Part shown: positions 40,464 to 50,987 of the stretch, one piece after another | Numbering within the stretch: the stretch's first letter is position 1 | How the letters are laid out: each line of letters starts with the position of its first letter | Assembly (NCBI RefSeq): GCF_045037415.1 | Contig: NZ_CP173438.1 | Strand: one strand, 5' to 3' | Source: Escherichia coli | GTDB lineage: Bacteria; Pseudomonadota; Gammaproteobacteria; Enterobacterales; Enterobacteriaceae | DNA: 64,000 nucleotides | The notes under the pieces: generated by a model | Seen by the model: only the letters and a program-made list of their open reading frames with translations | Databases searched by the model: none | What the model was told of the DNA's origin: nothing | Program-made: the position numbers and the translations under genes

Positions 40464-41141
40464 ATGAAACAGTATTTGATTGCCCCCTCAATTCTGTCGG
40501 CTGATTTTGCCCGCCTGGGTGAAGATACCGCAAAAGCCCTGGCAGCGGGTGCAGATGTCGTGCATTTTGACGTCATGGATAACCACTATGTTCCCAATCT
40601 GACGATTGGGCCAATGGTGCTGAAATCCTTGCGTAACTACGGCATTACCGCCCCTATCGACGTACATCTGATGGTGAAACCCGTCGATCGCATTGTGCCT
40701 GATTTCGCTGCCGCTGGTGCCAGCATCATTACCTTTCATCCAGAAGCCTCCGAGCATGTTGACCGCACGCTGCAACTGATTAAAGAAAATGGCTGTAAAG
40801 CGGGTCTGGTATTTAACCCGGCGACACCATTGAGCTATCTGGATTATGTAATGGACAAGCTGGATGTGATCCTGCTGATGTCTGTTAACCCTGGTTTCGG
40901 CGGTCAGTCTTTCATTCCTCAAACACTGGATAAACTGCGCGAAGTACGTCGTCGTATCGACGAGTCTGGCTTTGACATTCGACTGGAAGTGGACGGTGGC
41001 GTGAAGGTGAACAACATTGGCGAAATCGCTGCGGCGGGCGCGGATATGTTTGTTGCTGGTTCGGCAATCTTCGACCAGCCAGACTACAAAAAAGTCATTG
41101 ATGAAATGCGCAGTGAACTGGCAAAGGTAAGTCATGAATAA
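40464..41141 (+). CDS. rpe: Ribulose-phosphate 3-epimerase
   Basis: 225 aa TIM-barrel epimerase. Confidence 0.95.
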   Translation: MKQYLIAPSILSADFARLGEDTAKALAAGADVVHFDVMDNHYVPNLTIGPMVLKSLRNYGITAPIDVHLMVKPVDRIVPDFAAAGASIITFHPEASEHVDRTLQLIKENGCKAGLVFNPATPLSYLDYVMDKLDVILLMSVNPGFGGQSFIPQTLDKLREVRRRIDESGFDIRLEVDGGVKVNNIGEIAAAGADMFVAGSAIFDQPDYKKVIDEMRSELAKVSHE

Positions 41142-41892
41142 GTTTGAAGATATTCGCGGCGTCGCTTTTGATCTCGACGGTACGCTGGTTGACAGTGCAC
41201 CCGGTCTTGCTGCTGCGGTAGATATGGCGCTGTATGCGCTGGAGTTGCCTGTCGCAGGTGAAGAACGCGTTATTACCTGGATTGGTAACGGCGCAGATAT
41301 TCTGATGGAGCGCGCATTGACCTGGGCGCGTCAGGAACGTGCGACTCTGCGTAAAACAATGGGTAAACCGCCCGTTGATGACGACATTCCGGCAGAAGAA
41401 CAGGTACGTATTCTGCGTAAACTGTTCGATCGCTACTATGGCGAGGTTGCCGAAGAGGGGACGTTTTTGTTCCCGCATGTTGCCGATACGTTGGGCGCGT
41501 TGCAGGCTAAAGGCCTGCCGCTAGGCCTGGTCACCAACAAACCGACGCCGTTCGTCGCGCCGCTGCTCGAAGCCTTAGATATCGCCAAATACTTCAGCGT
41601 GGTGATTGGTGGTGATGATGTGCAAAACAAAAAACCGCATCCGGACCCGCTGTTACTGGTGGCTGAACGGATGGGCATTGCTCCACAACAGATGCTGTTT
41701 GTTGGCGACTCACGCAATGATATTCAGGCAGCAAAAGCGGCAGGTTGCCCATCAGTTGGCTTAACCTACGGATATAACTACGGCGAGGCTATCGATCTCA
41801 GCCAGCCTGATGTAATTTATCAGTCTATAAATGACCTTCTGCCCGCATTAGGGCTTCCGCATAGCGAAAATCAGGAATCGAAAAATGACTAA
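41134..41892 (+). CDS. gph: Phosphoglycolate phosphatase
   Basis: 252 aa HAD hydrolase ([10 protein letters not shown]); overlaps rpe stop. Confidence 0.94.
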   Translation: MNKFEDIRGVAFDLDGTLVDSAPGLAAAVDMALYALELPVAGEERVITWIGNGADILMERALTWARQERATLRKTMGKPPVDDDIPAEEQVRILRKLFDRYYGEVAEEGTFLFPHVADTLGALQAKGLPLGLVTNKPTPFVAPLLEALDIAKYFSVVIGGDDVQNKKPHPDPLLLVAERMGIAPQQMLFVGDSRNDIQAAKAAGCPSVGLTYGYNYGEAIDLSQPDVIYQSINDLLPALGLPHSENQESKND

Positions 41893-42889
41893 GCCCATCG
41901 TTTTTAGTGGCGCACAGCCCTCAGGTGAATTGACCATTGGTAACTACATGGGTGCGCTGCGTCAGTGGGTAAACATGCAGGATGACTACCATTGCATTTA
42001 CTGTATCGTTGACCAACATGCGATCACCGTGCGCCAGGATGCACAGAAGCTGCGTAAAGCGACGCTGGATACGCTGGCGTTGTATCTGGCTTGTGGTATC
42101 GATCCTGAGAAAAGCACCATTTTTGTTCAGTCCCACGTGCCGGAACATGCGCAGTTAGGCTGGGCATTGAACTGCTATACCTACTTCGGCGAACTGAGCC
42201 GCATGACGCAGTTTAAAGATAAATCTGCGCGTTATGCCGAGAACATCAACGCTGGTCTGTTTGACTATCCGGTGCTGATGGCAGCGGACATCCTGCTGTA
42301 TCAAACAAATCTGGTACCGGTGGGTGAAGACCAGAAACAGCACCTGGAACTGAGCCGCGATATCGCCCAGCGTTTCAACGCGCTGTACGGCGATATCTTT
42401 AAGGTGCCAGAGCCGTTTATTCCGAAATCTGGCGCGCGCGTAATGTCGCTGCTGGAGCCGACCAAGAAAATGTCCAAGTCTGACGATAACCGCAATAACG
42501 TTATCGGCCTGCTGGAAGATCCGAAATCGGTAGTGAAGAAAATCAAACGCGCGGTCACTGACTCCGACGAGCCGCCAGTAGTTCGCTACGATGTGCAGAA
42601 CAAAGCGGGCGTTTCCAACCTGCTGGATATCCTTTCTGCGGTAACGGGCCAGAGCATCCCGGAACTGGAAAAACAGTTCGAAGGCAAGATGTATGGTCAT
42701 CTGAAAGGTGAAGTGGCTGATGCCGTTTCCGGTATGCTGACTGAATTGCAGGAACGTTACCACCGTTTCCGCAACGATGAAGCCTTCCTGCAACAGGTGA
42801 TGAAAGACGGCGCAGAAAAAGCCAGCGCACACGCTTCCCGTACGCTAAAAGCGGTGTACGAAGCGATTGGTTTTGTGGCGAAGCCGTAA
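41885..42889 (+). CDS. trpS: Tryptophan--tRNA ligase
   Basis: 334 aa class I aaRS with KMSKS; overlaps gph stop. Confidence 0.96.
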   Translation: MTKPIVFSGAQPSGELTIGNYMGALRQWVNMQDDYHCIYCIVDQHAITVRQDAQKLRKATLDTLALYLACGIDPEKSTIFVQSHVPEHAQLGWALNCYTYFGELSRMTQFKDKSARYAENINAGLFDYPVLMAADILLYQTNLVPVGEDQKQHLELSRDIAQRFNALYGDIFKVPEPFIPKSGARVMSLLEPTKKMSKSDDNRNNVIGLLEDPKSVVKKIKRAVTDSDEPPVVRYDVQNKAGVSNLLDILSAVTGQSIPELEKQFEGKMYGHLKGEVADAVSGMLTELQERYHRFRNDEAFLQQVMKDGAEKASAHASRTLKAVYEAIGFVAKP

Positions 42890-42904
42890 TTTAACATTAA
42901 TGCC

Positions 42905-42932
42905 AAAAAAACCGGGGAAACCCGGTTTTTTT
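42905..42932 (+). terminator. Rho-independent terminator of the aroK...trpS transcription unit
   Basis: aaccggg-gaaa-cccggtt followed by tttttt. Confidence 0.75.
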
Positions 42933-43050
42933 ATCCTCATTTGCAATAATCCGAAAAAATGTGAAGCGCCTCGCCGTTTCCACATCTCGCTGTTGCGCCT
43001 TATCTTCAAATTCATGAAGATATAAACATTCATTTTATTGAAAATATATT

Positions 43051-43956
43051 ATGCGTCGAACGTTTATCAAAAAAGAAGGCGTCGTTATCACGACACTGGC
43101 CCGTTATTTGTTGGGTGAAAAGTGCGGTAATCGACTGAAAACCATAGATGAGCTGGCAACTGAATGCCGTTCATCGGTTGGCCTGACGCAGGCCGCGTTG
43201 AAAACGCTGGAATCAAGCGGAGCGATACGGATTGAACGCCGTGGGCGCAATGGCAGTTATCTGGTTGAGATGGATAACAAAGCATTGCTGACTCATGTGG
43301 ATATCAACAACGTGGTATGTGCGATGCCCTTGCCCTATACCCGTTTGTACGAAGGCCTGGCGAGCGGATTGAAAGCCCAGTTTGATGGCATTCCTTTTTA
43401 CTATGCGCATATGCGCGGCGCGGATATTCGCGTGGAGTGTTTACTTAACGGCGTGTATGACATGGCGGTGGTTTCGCGACTGGCGGCGGAAAGTTATCTC
43501 ACGCAAAAAGGATTATGCCTCGCGCTGGAGTTGGGACCGCATACCTACGTTGGCGAGCACCAGTTGATTTGCCGTAAAGGCGAGTCCGCAAACGTGAAGC
43601 GCGTGGGGCTGGATAACCGTTCGGCGGATCAGAAAATCATGACCGATGTCTTTTTTGGCGATAGTGATGTGGAACGAGTCGATCTCTCTTATCACGAGAG
43701 TTTACAACGCATTGTTAAAGGCGATGTTGACGCGGTTATCTGGAACGTAGTGGCGGAAAACGAACTGACCATGCTGGGATTAGAAGCGACGCCGCTCACA
43801 GACGATCCGCGATTTTTACAGGCCACCGAAGCCGTGGTCCTGACGCGAGTCGATGATTACCCAATGCAACAACTGCTGCGTGCAGTTGTTGATAAACATG
43901 CCCTGCTTGCTCATCAACAGCGAGTAGTCAGTGGGGAACAGGAACCCAGTTATTAA
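43051..43956 (+). CDS. yhfZ: Putative transcriptional regulator YhfZ
   Basis: 301 aa; N-terminal HTH-like region followed by a periplasmic-binding-protein-like fold; first gene of the yhf cluster. Confidence 0.8.
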   Translation: MRRTFIKKEGVVITTLARYLLGEKCGNRLKTIDELATECRSSVGLTQAALKTLESSGAIRIERRGRNGSYLVEMDNKALLTHVDINNVVCAMPLPYTRLYEGLASGLKAQFDGIPFYYAHMRGADIRVECLLNGVYDMAVVSRLAAESYLTQKGLCLALELGPHTYVGEHQLICRKGESANVKRVGLDNRSADQKIMTDVFFGDSDVERVDLSYHESLQRIVKGDVDAVIWNVVAENELTMLGLEATPLTDDPRFLQATEAVVLTRVDDYPMQQLLRAVVDKHALLAHQQRVVSGEQEPSY

Positions 43957-43972
43957 ACGAAAGGCATCTGAT

Positions 43973-44335
43973 ATGGAAACCAGACTCAACCTGCTTTGCG
44001 ATGCAGGCGTTATTGATAAGGACATCTGCAAAGGCATGATGCAGGTCGTCAATGTACTGGAAACAGAGTGCCATCTACCGGTGCGCAGTGAGCAAGGAAC
44101 GATGGCGATGACACATATGGCGAGTGCACTGATGCGCAGTCGCCGTGGTGAAGAAATAGAGCCGCTGGATGACGAATTGCTGGCGGAACTGGCGCAATCC
44201 AGCCACTGGCAAGCCGTTGTGCAATTGCATCAGGTATTGTTGAAGGAATTTGCACTGGAAGTTAACCCGTGTGAAGAAGGCTATTTGCTGGCCAACCTTT
44301 ATGGATTATGGATGGCTGCTAACGAAGAGGTTTGA
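43973..44335 (+). CDS. yhfY: YhfY, uncharacterized (PRD-like) protein
   Basis: 120 aa product starting METRLNLLCDAG inside the listed 134 aa frame. Confidence 0.75.
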   Translation: METRLNLLCDAGVIDKDICKGMMQVVNVLETECHLPVRSEQGTMAMTHMASALMRSRRGEEIEPLDDELLAELAQSSHWQAVVQLHQVLLKEFALEVNPCEEGYLLANLYGLWMAANEEV

Positions 44336-44418
44336 AGCTCCCGATAAATCCACGTCGTACAACCTAAATATTCAAAAAAATGAATATTTAATTCAAGGAA
44401 CAGAAACGAGGCAACAAG

Positions 44419-45582
44419 ATGTTTGTAGAAGCATTGAAACGCCAGAACCCGGCGCTGATTTCCGCCGCACTAAGTTTGTGGCAGCAGGGCAAGATCGCCC
44501 CGGACAGTTGGGTGATCGACGTGGATCAAGTTCTGGAAAACGGCAAGCGGCTGATTGAGACGGCGCGGCTTTACGGCATTGAACTGTATCTGATGACCAA
44601 ACAATTCGGTCGTAATCCGTGGCTGGCAGAAAAACTGCTGGCTCTGGGCTACAGCGGCATTGTGGCGGTGGATTACAAAGAGGCGCGAGTCATGCGCCGC
44701 GCCGGTTTGCCGGTAGCGCATCAGGGGCATCTGGTACAAATCCCTTGTCATCAGGTTTCTGACGCCGTTGAACAGGGAACCGACGTCATCACTGTGTTTA
44801 CCCTCGACAAAGCGCGGGAAATTTCTGCGGCAGCGGTGAAGGCCGGACGTGTGCAGTCTGTGCTGCTCAAAGTTTATAGCGACGATGATTTTCTTTATCC
44901 GGGGCAGGAGAGCGGTTTTGTACAGCATTCGCTGCACGAGGTGGTTGCTGAAATCCAGAATCTGCCGGGGCTACATTTGGCGGGACTTACCCATTTCCCT
45001 TGCCTGCTTTGGGATGAGGCTGCCGGGAAAGTTTTGCCGACACCGAATCTTCACACGCTGGTACAAGCACGGGATCAACTGGCGAAATCTGGTATTGCGA
45101 TTGAGCAACTGAACGCGCCTTCAGCGACCAGCTGCACGTCGCTGCCATTGCTGGTGGAATACGGTGTGACTCATACCGAACCCGGTCATGCGCTGACGGG
45201 CACTATTCCGGCAAACCAGCGGGGCGATCAGCCTGAACGTATCGCGATGCTCTGGTTAAGTGAAATCTCCCATCATTTCCGTGGCGACAGCTACTGCTAC
45301 GGCGGCGGTTACTACCGTCGTGGTCACGCGCAACATGCGCTGGTGTTTACGCCAGAAAATCAAAGAATTACTGAAACATATCTCAACGCCGTGGATGACA
45401 GCAGTATCGACTACACCCTGCCGCTGGCAGGCGAGCATCCGGTAAGCAGTGCAGTGGTGCTCTGTTTTCGCACGCAGATTTTTATCACCCGTAGCGATGT
45501 GGTGTTGGTGTCCGGTATTCACCATGGCGAACCAGAAATAGTTGGTCGTTATGACAGCCTCGGCAACCCTCTGGAGGCGTAA
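44419..45582 (+). CDS. yhfX: YhfX, fold-type III PLP enzyme (alanine racemase-like)
   Basis: 387 aa; matches recalled K-12 YhfX. Confidence 0.85.
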   Translation: MFVEALKRQNPALISAALSLWQQGKIAPDSWVIDVDQVLENGKRLIETARLYGIELYLMTKQFGRNPWLAEKLLALGYSGIVAVDYKEARVMRRAGLPVAHQGHLVQIPCHQVSDAVEQGTDVITVFTLDKAREISAAAVKAGRVQSVLLKVYSDDDFLYPGQESGFVQHSLHEVVAEIQNLPGLHLAGLTHFPCLLWDEAAGKVLPTPNLHTLVQARDQLAKSGIAIEQLNAPSATSCTSLPLLVEYGVTHTEPGHALTGTIPANQRGDQPERIAMLWLSEISHHFRGDSYCYGGGYYRRGHAQHALVFTPENQRITETYLNAVDDSSIDYTLPLAGEHPVSSAVVLCFRTQIFITRSDVVLVSGIHHGEPEIVGRYDSLGNPLEA

Positions 45583-46809
45583 ATGGCGCGATTTGTGGTG
45601 TTAGTGATTGATAGCTTTGGCGTAGGGGCAATGAAAGATGTCACGTTGGTGCGTCCGCAGGATGCCGGGGCGAATACCTGTGGTCACATCCTGAGCCAGT
45701 TGCCGCATTTGCAGCTACCAACGCTGGAGACGCTGGGGCTAATCAACGCATTGGGTTATGCGCCTGGCGATATGCAGCCGTCAGACTCCGCAACCTGGGG
45801 CGTGGCAGAGCTGCAACATGAAGGTGGCGATACCTTTATGGGGCATCAGGAAATTTTAGGTACGCGCCCATTACCGCCGCTGCGGATGCCCTTTCGTGAT
45901 GTGATTGACCGTGTTGAGCAGGCATTAGTTTCCGCTGGCTGGCAGGTTGAGCGTCGTGGCGATGATCTGCAATTTCTGTGGGTCAATCAGGCGGTTGCGA
46001 TTGGCGATAATCTCGAGGCGGATTTAGGTCAGGTCTATAACATCACCGCCAATCTCTCTGTGATCTCTTTTGACGACGCAATCAAAATGGGTCGTATCGT
46101 GCGTGAGCAGGTACAGGTCGGTCGGGTCATTACATTTGGTGGCCTGTTAACCGACAGCCAGTGCATCCTCGATGCCGCAGAAAGCAAAGAAGGGCGCTTT
46201 ATTGGTATCAATGCGCCGCGTTCTGGCGCCTATGACAACGGTTTCCAGGTCGTACATATGGGCTACGGTGTCGATGAAAAAGTGCAGGTGCCGCAAAAAC
46301 TGTATGAAGCGGGCGTGCCAACCGTGCTGGTGGGTAAGGTGGCAGATATCGTCAGCAATCCTTATGGCGTGAGCTGGCAAAACCTGGTGGATAGCCAGCG
46401 GATTATGGATATCACCCTCAACGAATTTAACACCTATCCGACGGCGTTTATTTGTACCAATATCCAGGAAACCGACCTCGCTGGTCATGCAGAAGACGTC
46501 GCACGTTATGCCGAACGTTTGCAGGTCGTTGACCGTAACCTTGCCCGGCTTGTTGAGGCGATGCAGCCAGATGATTGCCTGGTCGTGATGGCGGATCACG
46601 GTAACGATCCGACCATCGGTCACAGCCACCATACCCGCGAAGTGGTGCCAGTGCTGGTTTATCAGCAAGGACTGGTCGCTACGCAGCTCGGTGTGCGCAC
46701 CACGCTTTCTGATGTGGGGGCTACCGTGTGTGAATTTTTCCGTGCGCCACCGCCACAAAATGGTCGCTCTTTTCTTTCCTCCTTCCGGTTTGCAGGAGAC
46801 ACCCTATGA
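45583..46809 (+). CDS. yhfW: YhfW, phosphopentomutase-like metalloenzyme
   Basis: 408 aa; start 1 bp after yhfX stop. Confidence 0.85.
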   Translation: MARFVVLVIDSFGVGAMKDVTLVRPQDAGANTCGHILSQLPHLQLPTLETLGLINALGYAPGDMQPSDSATWGVAELQHEGGDTFMGHQEILGTRPLPPLRMPFRDVIDRVEQALVSAGWQVERRGDDLQFLWVNQAVAIGDNLEADLGQVYNITANLSVISFDDAIKMGRIVREQVQVGRVITFGGLLTDSQCILDAAESKEGRFIGINAPRSGAYDNGFQVVHMGYGVDEKVQVPQKLYEAGVPTVLVGKVADIVSNPYGVSWQNLVDSQRIMDITLNEFNTYPTAFICTNIQETDLAGHAEDVARYAERLQVVDRNLARLVEAMQPDDCLVVMADHGNDPTIGHSHHTREVVPVLVYQQGLVATQLGVRTTLSDVGATVCEFFRAPPPQNGRSFLSSFRFAGDTL

Positions 46810-47684
46810 GTTTTGATCCGACGGGCTACACCCTCGCCCATGAGCATCTGCATATTGATCTTTCCGGCTTTAAAAACAACGTGGACTGCCGCCTTGATCA
46901 GTATGCGTTCATTTGCCAGGAGATGAACGACCTGATGGCCCGGGGCGTGCGTAATGTGATTGAGATGACCAACCGTTACATGGGGCGCAATGCGCAATTT
47001 ATGCTCGATGTAATGCGCGAAACCGGGATCAACGTGGTGGGCTGTACCGGTTATTACCAGGACGCGTTTTTCCCGGAACATGTGGCGACCCGCAGCGTGC
47101 AGGAACTGGCGCAGGAGATGGTCGATGAAATTGAGCAGGGTATCGATGGCACTGACCTGAAAGCCGGAATTATCGCGGAGATCGGCTCCAGCGAAGGGAA
47201 GATTACGTCGCTGGAAGAGAAGGTGTTTATTGCCGCCGCGCTGGCGCATAACCAGACCGGACGCCCGATCTCCACGCATACGTCGTTCAGCACGATGGGG
47301 CTGGAGCAACTGGCTCTGTTGCAAGCCCACGGAGTTGATCTTTCGCGCGTCACCGTCGGCCACTGCGATCTGAAAGACAATCTCGACAACATTTTGAAGA
47401 TGATCGATCTCGGCGCGTATGTGCAGTTCGACACCATCGGCAAGAACAGTTACTACCCGGACGAAAAGCGCATTGCGATGCTCCATGCGCTACGTGACCG
47501 TGGGTTGCTGAACCGCGTCATGCTGTCGATGGATATTACGCGGCGCTCTCATTTAAAAGCCAACGGTGGTTATGGCTATGACTTTTTATTGACCACCTTT
47601 ATTCCGCAATTGCGCCAGTCAGGATTCAGTCAGGCCGATGTGGATGTGATGTTACGTGAAAATCCCTCTCAATTTTTCCAATAA
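46806..47684 (+). CDS. php: Phosphotriesterase homology protein (amidohydrolase superfamily)
   Basis: 292 aa; N-terminal HxH metal ligands ([10 protein letters not shown]); overlaps yhfW stop. Confidence 0.9.
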   Translation: MSFDPTGYTLAHEHLHIDLSGFKNNVDCRLDQYAFICQEMNDLMARGVRNVIEMTNRYMGRNAQFMLDVMRETGINVVGCTGYYQDAFFPEHVATRSVQELAQEMVDEIEQGIDGTDLKAGIIAEIGSSEGKITSLEEKVFIAAALAHNQTGRPISTHTSFSTMGLEQLALLQAHGVDLSRVTVGHCDLKDNLDNILKMIDLGAYVQFDTIGKNSYYPDEKRIAMLHALRDRGLLNRVMLSMDITRRSHLKANGGYGYDFLLTTFIPQLRQSGFSQADVDVMLRENPSQFFQ

Positions 47685-47694
47685 GGACAGACTC

Positions 47695-48048
47695 ATGAAA
47701 AAGATTGGCGTTGCAGGCTTACAGCGTGAGCAGATTAAAAAAACCATTGAAGCGACGGCTCCTGGCTGTTTTGAAGTTTTCATTCACAACGACATGGAAG
47801 CGGCAATGAAAGTGAAATCCGGACAACTGGATTACTACATCGGCGCGTGTAATACCGGTGCGGGCGCAGCCTTGTCGATTGCTATCGCGGTGATTGGCTA
47901 TAACAAAAGTTGCACCATTGCCAAGCCGGGCATTAAAGCGAAAGACGAACATATCGCCAAAATGATCGCTGAAGGAAAAGTGGCGTTTGGCCTTTCCGTT
48001 GAGCACGTTGAACACGCGATTCCGATGCTGATTAACCATCTAAAATAA
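47695..48048 (+). CDS. yhfU: YhfU, small uncharacterized protein (DUF2620-like)
   Basis: 117 aa product starting MKKIGVAGLQ inside the listed 130 aa frame. Confidence 0.8.
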   Translation: MKKIGVAGLQREQIKKTIEATAPGCFEVFIHNDMEAAMKVKSGQLDYYIGACNTGAGAALSIAIAVIGYNKSCTIAKPGIKAKDEHIAKMIAEGKVAFGLSVEHVEHAIPMLINHLK

Positions 48049-48059
48049 AAGGCACGACT

Positions 48060-49364
48060 ATGGATCTGTATATTCAGATTATCGTGGTGGCGTGCCTGAC
48101 GGGTATGACATCGCTTCTGGCGCATCGCTCGGCGGCCGTTTTTCATGACGGTATCCGCCCGATCCTGCCACAACTGATTGAAGGCTATATGAACCGTCGC
48201 GAGGCGGGGAGCATCGCTTTTGGTCTGAGCATTGGTTTTGTGGCCTCGGTGGGGATCTCTTTTACCCTGAAAACCGGGCTGCTCAACGCATGGTTACTCT
48301 TTCTTCCTACCGATATCCTCGGCGTACTGGCGATAAACAGCCTGATGGCGTTTGGTCTTGGTGCTATCTGGGGAATATTGATCCTCACCTGTCTGTTGCC
48401 AGTAAACCAGCTGCTGACCGCGCTACCGGTGGATGTATTAGGTAGCCTGGGGGAATTAAGCTCGCCGGTGGTTTCAGCTTTTGCACTGTTCCCGTTGGTG
48501 GCGATTTTCTACCAGTTTGGCTGGAAGCAAAGTCTGATCGCCGCCGTGGTGGTACTGATGACTCGTGTGGTGGTAGTACGCTATTTCCCACATCTTAACC
48601 CTGAATCCATCGAAATCTTTATTGGCATGGTGATGCTGCTGGGGATCGCAATAACTCATGACCTGCGTCATCGTGATGAAAATGATATCGATGCCAGCGG
48701 TATGTCGGTGTTTGAAGAGCGTACATCACGGATTATCAAAAACTTACCGTATATCGCCATCGTGGGTGCATTGATTGCTGCCGTTGCCAGCATGAAGATT
48801 TTCGCCGGTAGTGAAGTGTCGATCTTCACACTGGAGAAAGCGTACTCCGCAGGCGTAACGCCGGAACAATCGCAAACACTAATCAACCAGGCGGCACTGG
48901 CAGAATTTATGCGCGGGCTGGGTTTTGTGCCGTTGATTGCCACCACGGCGTTAGCCACCGGCGTGTATGCAGTTGCGGGCTTTACCTTTGTTTATGCGGT
49001 GGGCTATCTCTCGCCGAATCCGATGGTTGCAGCGGTATTAGGCGCAGTGGTTATTTCGGCGGAAGTCTTGCTGCTTCGTTCTATCGGCAAATGGTTGGGG
49101 CGCTACCCGTCGGTACGTAATGCGTCGGATAACATCCGTAACGCCATGAATATGCTGATGGAAGTGGCGTTGCTGGTCGGTTCGATCTTTGCAGCAATCA
49201 AAATGGCGGGCTATACCGGATTCTCTATCGCGGTTGCCATTTACTTCCTCAACGAATCCCTGGGCCGTCCGGTACAGAAAATGGCGGCACCGGTCGTGGC
49301 AGTAATGATCACCGGCATCCTGCTGAATGTTCTTTACTGGCTTGGCCTGTTCGTTCCGGCTTAA
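48060..49364 (+). CDS. yhfT: YhfT, inner membrane permease-like protein
   Basis: 434 aa strongly hydrophobic polytopic ORF. Confidence 0.85.
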   Translation: MDLYIQIIVVACLTGMTSLLAHRSAAVFHDGIRPILPQLIEGYMNRREAGSIAFGLSIGFVASVGISFTLKTGLLNAWLLFLPTDILGVLAINSLMAFGLGAIWGILILTCLLPVNQLLTALPVDVLGSLGELSSPVVSAFALFPLVAIFYQFGWKQSLIAAVVVLMTRVVVVRYFPHLNPESIEIFIGMVMLLGIAITHDLRHRDENDIDASGMSVFEERTSRIIKNLPYIAIVGALIAAVASMKIFAGSEVSIFTLEKAYSAGVTPEQSQTLINQAALAEFMRGLGFVPLIATTALATGVYAVAGFTFVYAVGYLSPNPMVAAVLGAVVISAEVLLLRSIGKWLGRYPSVRNASDNIRNAMNMLMEVALLVGSIFAAIKMAGYTGFSIAVAIYFLNESLGRPVQKMAAPVVAVMITGILLNVLYWLGLFVPA

Positions 49365-49375
49365 GGAAGGCACCT

Positions 49376-50461
49376 ATGAAGACGTTTCCTCTGCAAAGCC
49401 TGACGCTTATTGAGGCGCAGCAAAAGCAGTTTGCGCTGGTGGACACGATTTGCCGTCATTTTCCTGGCAGCGAGTTTCTTACCTGCGGTGATTTGGGCTT
49501 AACGCCGGGGCTAAATCAGCCCCGCATTACCCAGCGTGTGGAACAGGTGCTGGCTGACGCGTTTCACGCACAGGCCGCGGCGCTGGTACAGGGCGCGGGT
49601 ACTGGCGCGATCCGTGCGGCGCTGGCAGCTTTGCTCAAATCGGGGCAGCGTCTTCTGGTGCATGACGCGCCGGTTTATCCAACGACGCGCGTCATTATTG
49701 AGCAGATGGGGCTAACGCTCATTACGGCTGATTTCAATGATCTGTCGGCACTGAAGCAGGTTGTTGACGAGCAACAACCTGATGCCGCGCTGGTGCAGCA
49801 TACGCGCCAGCAGCCGCAGGACCGCTATGTGCTGGCAGACGTGCTGGCAACGTTGCGCGCGGCAGGTGTTCCAGCGTTAACCGATGACAACTATGCGGTG
49901 ATGAAGGTAGCGCGAATCGGCTGCGAATGCGGGGCGAATGTGTCGACATTTTCCTGCTTCAAGCTATTTGGGCCAGAGGGCGTTGGTGCGGTGGTAGGCG
50001 ATGCCGATGTTATTAGCCGGATTCGCGCCACGCTCTATTCCGGCGGCAGTCAGATTCAGGGGGCGCAGGCATTAGAGGTGTTGCGTGGTCTGGTGCTCGC
50101 GCCAGTGATGCACGCGGTGCAGGCGGGGGTATCTGAACGGTTGCTGGCTTTGCTTAACGGCGGCGCGGTGGCGGAAGTGAAAAGCGCCGTCATTGCCAAT
50201 GCACAGTCGAAGGTATTGATTGTGGAGTTTCATCAGCCGATTGCCGCCAGAGTGCTGGAAGAGGCGCAGAAACTCGGTGCCTTGCCTTACCCGGTTGGTG
50301 CAGAGTCGAAATATGAAATCCCGCCGCTCTTTTATCGACTTTCCGGAACGTTTCGCCAGGCGAATCCGCAGTTAGAACATTGCGCGATTCGCATTAACCC
50401 AAATCGCGGCGGTGAAGAGACGATATTGCGGATCTTGCGTGAAAGTATTGCCAGCATTTAA
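49376..50461 (+). CDS. yhfS: YhfS, PLP-dependent aminotransferase-like protein
   Basis: 361 aa; last gene of the yhf cluster. Confidence 0.85.
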   Translation: MKTFPLQSLTLIEAQQKQFALVDTICRHFPGSEFLTCGDLGLTPGLNQPRITQRVEQVLADAFHAQAAALVQGAGTGAIRAALAALLKSGQRLLVHDAPVYPTTRVIIEQMGLTLITADFNDLSALKQVVDEQQPDAALVQHTRQQPQDRYVLADVLATLRAAGVPALTDDNYAVMKVARIGCECGANVSTFSCFKLFGPEGVGAVVGDADVISRIRATLYSGGSQIQGAQALEVLRGLVLAPVMHAVQAGVSERLLALLNGGAVAEVKSAVIANAQSKVLIVEFHQPIAARVLEEAQKLGALPYPVGAESKYEIPPLFYRLSGTFRQANPQLEHCAIRINPNRGGEETILRILRESIASI

Positions 50462-50568
50462 TCGTTGTAAACGATATTTTCGAAAAGAATGCAGAAACAA
50501 ATACGCCCTCGGATAACTCCGAGGGCGTCAGGCAATTAAACCGGCGTTAGCCGATTTCTGTCAGAGAC

Positions 50569-50736
50569 TTACTGTGCAGTCGGACCGCAACCGCCAATGA
50601 TTTTAGAAATAGAAATTGCCGGGTGCAGCAGGTAGTCGTAAGAGCAGTTCTTATCACGGTTTTCAATATGACCAGTACATGCAGTTAACGTAGCCAGTAC
50701 TGCGCCTACCAGTGCAACTTTAATAAATTTGTTCAT
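50569..50736 (-). CDS. yhfL: Small lipoprotein YhfL
   Basis: Not in ORF track (55 aa): minus-strand translation MNKFIKVALVGAVLATLTACTGHIENRDKNCSYDYLLHPAISISKIIGGCGPTAQ with lipobox LTAC. Confidence 0.85.
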   Translation of the reverse strand: MNKFIKVALVGAVLATLTACTGHIENRDKNCSYDYLLHPAISISKIIGGCGPTAQ

Positions 50737-50957
50737 TTACATTCCCTATGTATTATATATTAATTAATATTCATTGATTATATGAATATAAGCAGACTGC
50801 TCATTAAGAACGATACAGGAATATTCAATTAGCGTCAGTGAGCGATTGGCTTAATTTTGTAAGTTGCTGTAACGGTGAATATAACCCATTAGCAGACAAT
50901 ATTTATTAAGGGGTTATATTTTTATCTGCTGAATATATAAAGAGAGTTGTAAACGAA

Positions 50958-50985
50958 AAAGGCCAGACTTCTCTGGCCCTGGTTA
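50958..50985 (-). terminator. Rho-independent terminator downstream of cysG
   Basis: ggccagag-aagt-ctggcc hairpin followed by a T-run on the minus strand. Confidence 0.6.
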
Positions 50986-50987
50986 AA

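Noticed and set aside
40488-41135. 215 aa minus-strand ORF inside rpe
   Set aside because: Antisense shadow of rpe; the rpe frame is the one with the conserved epimerase sequence.
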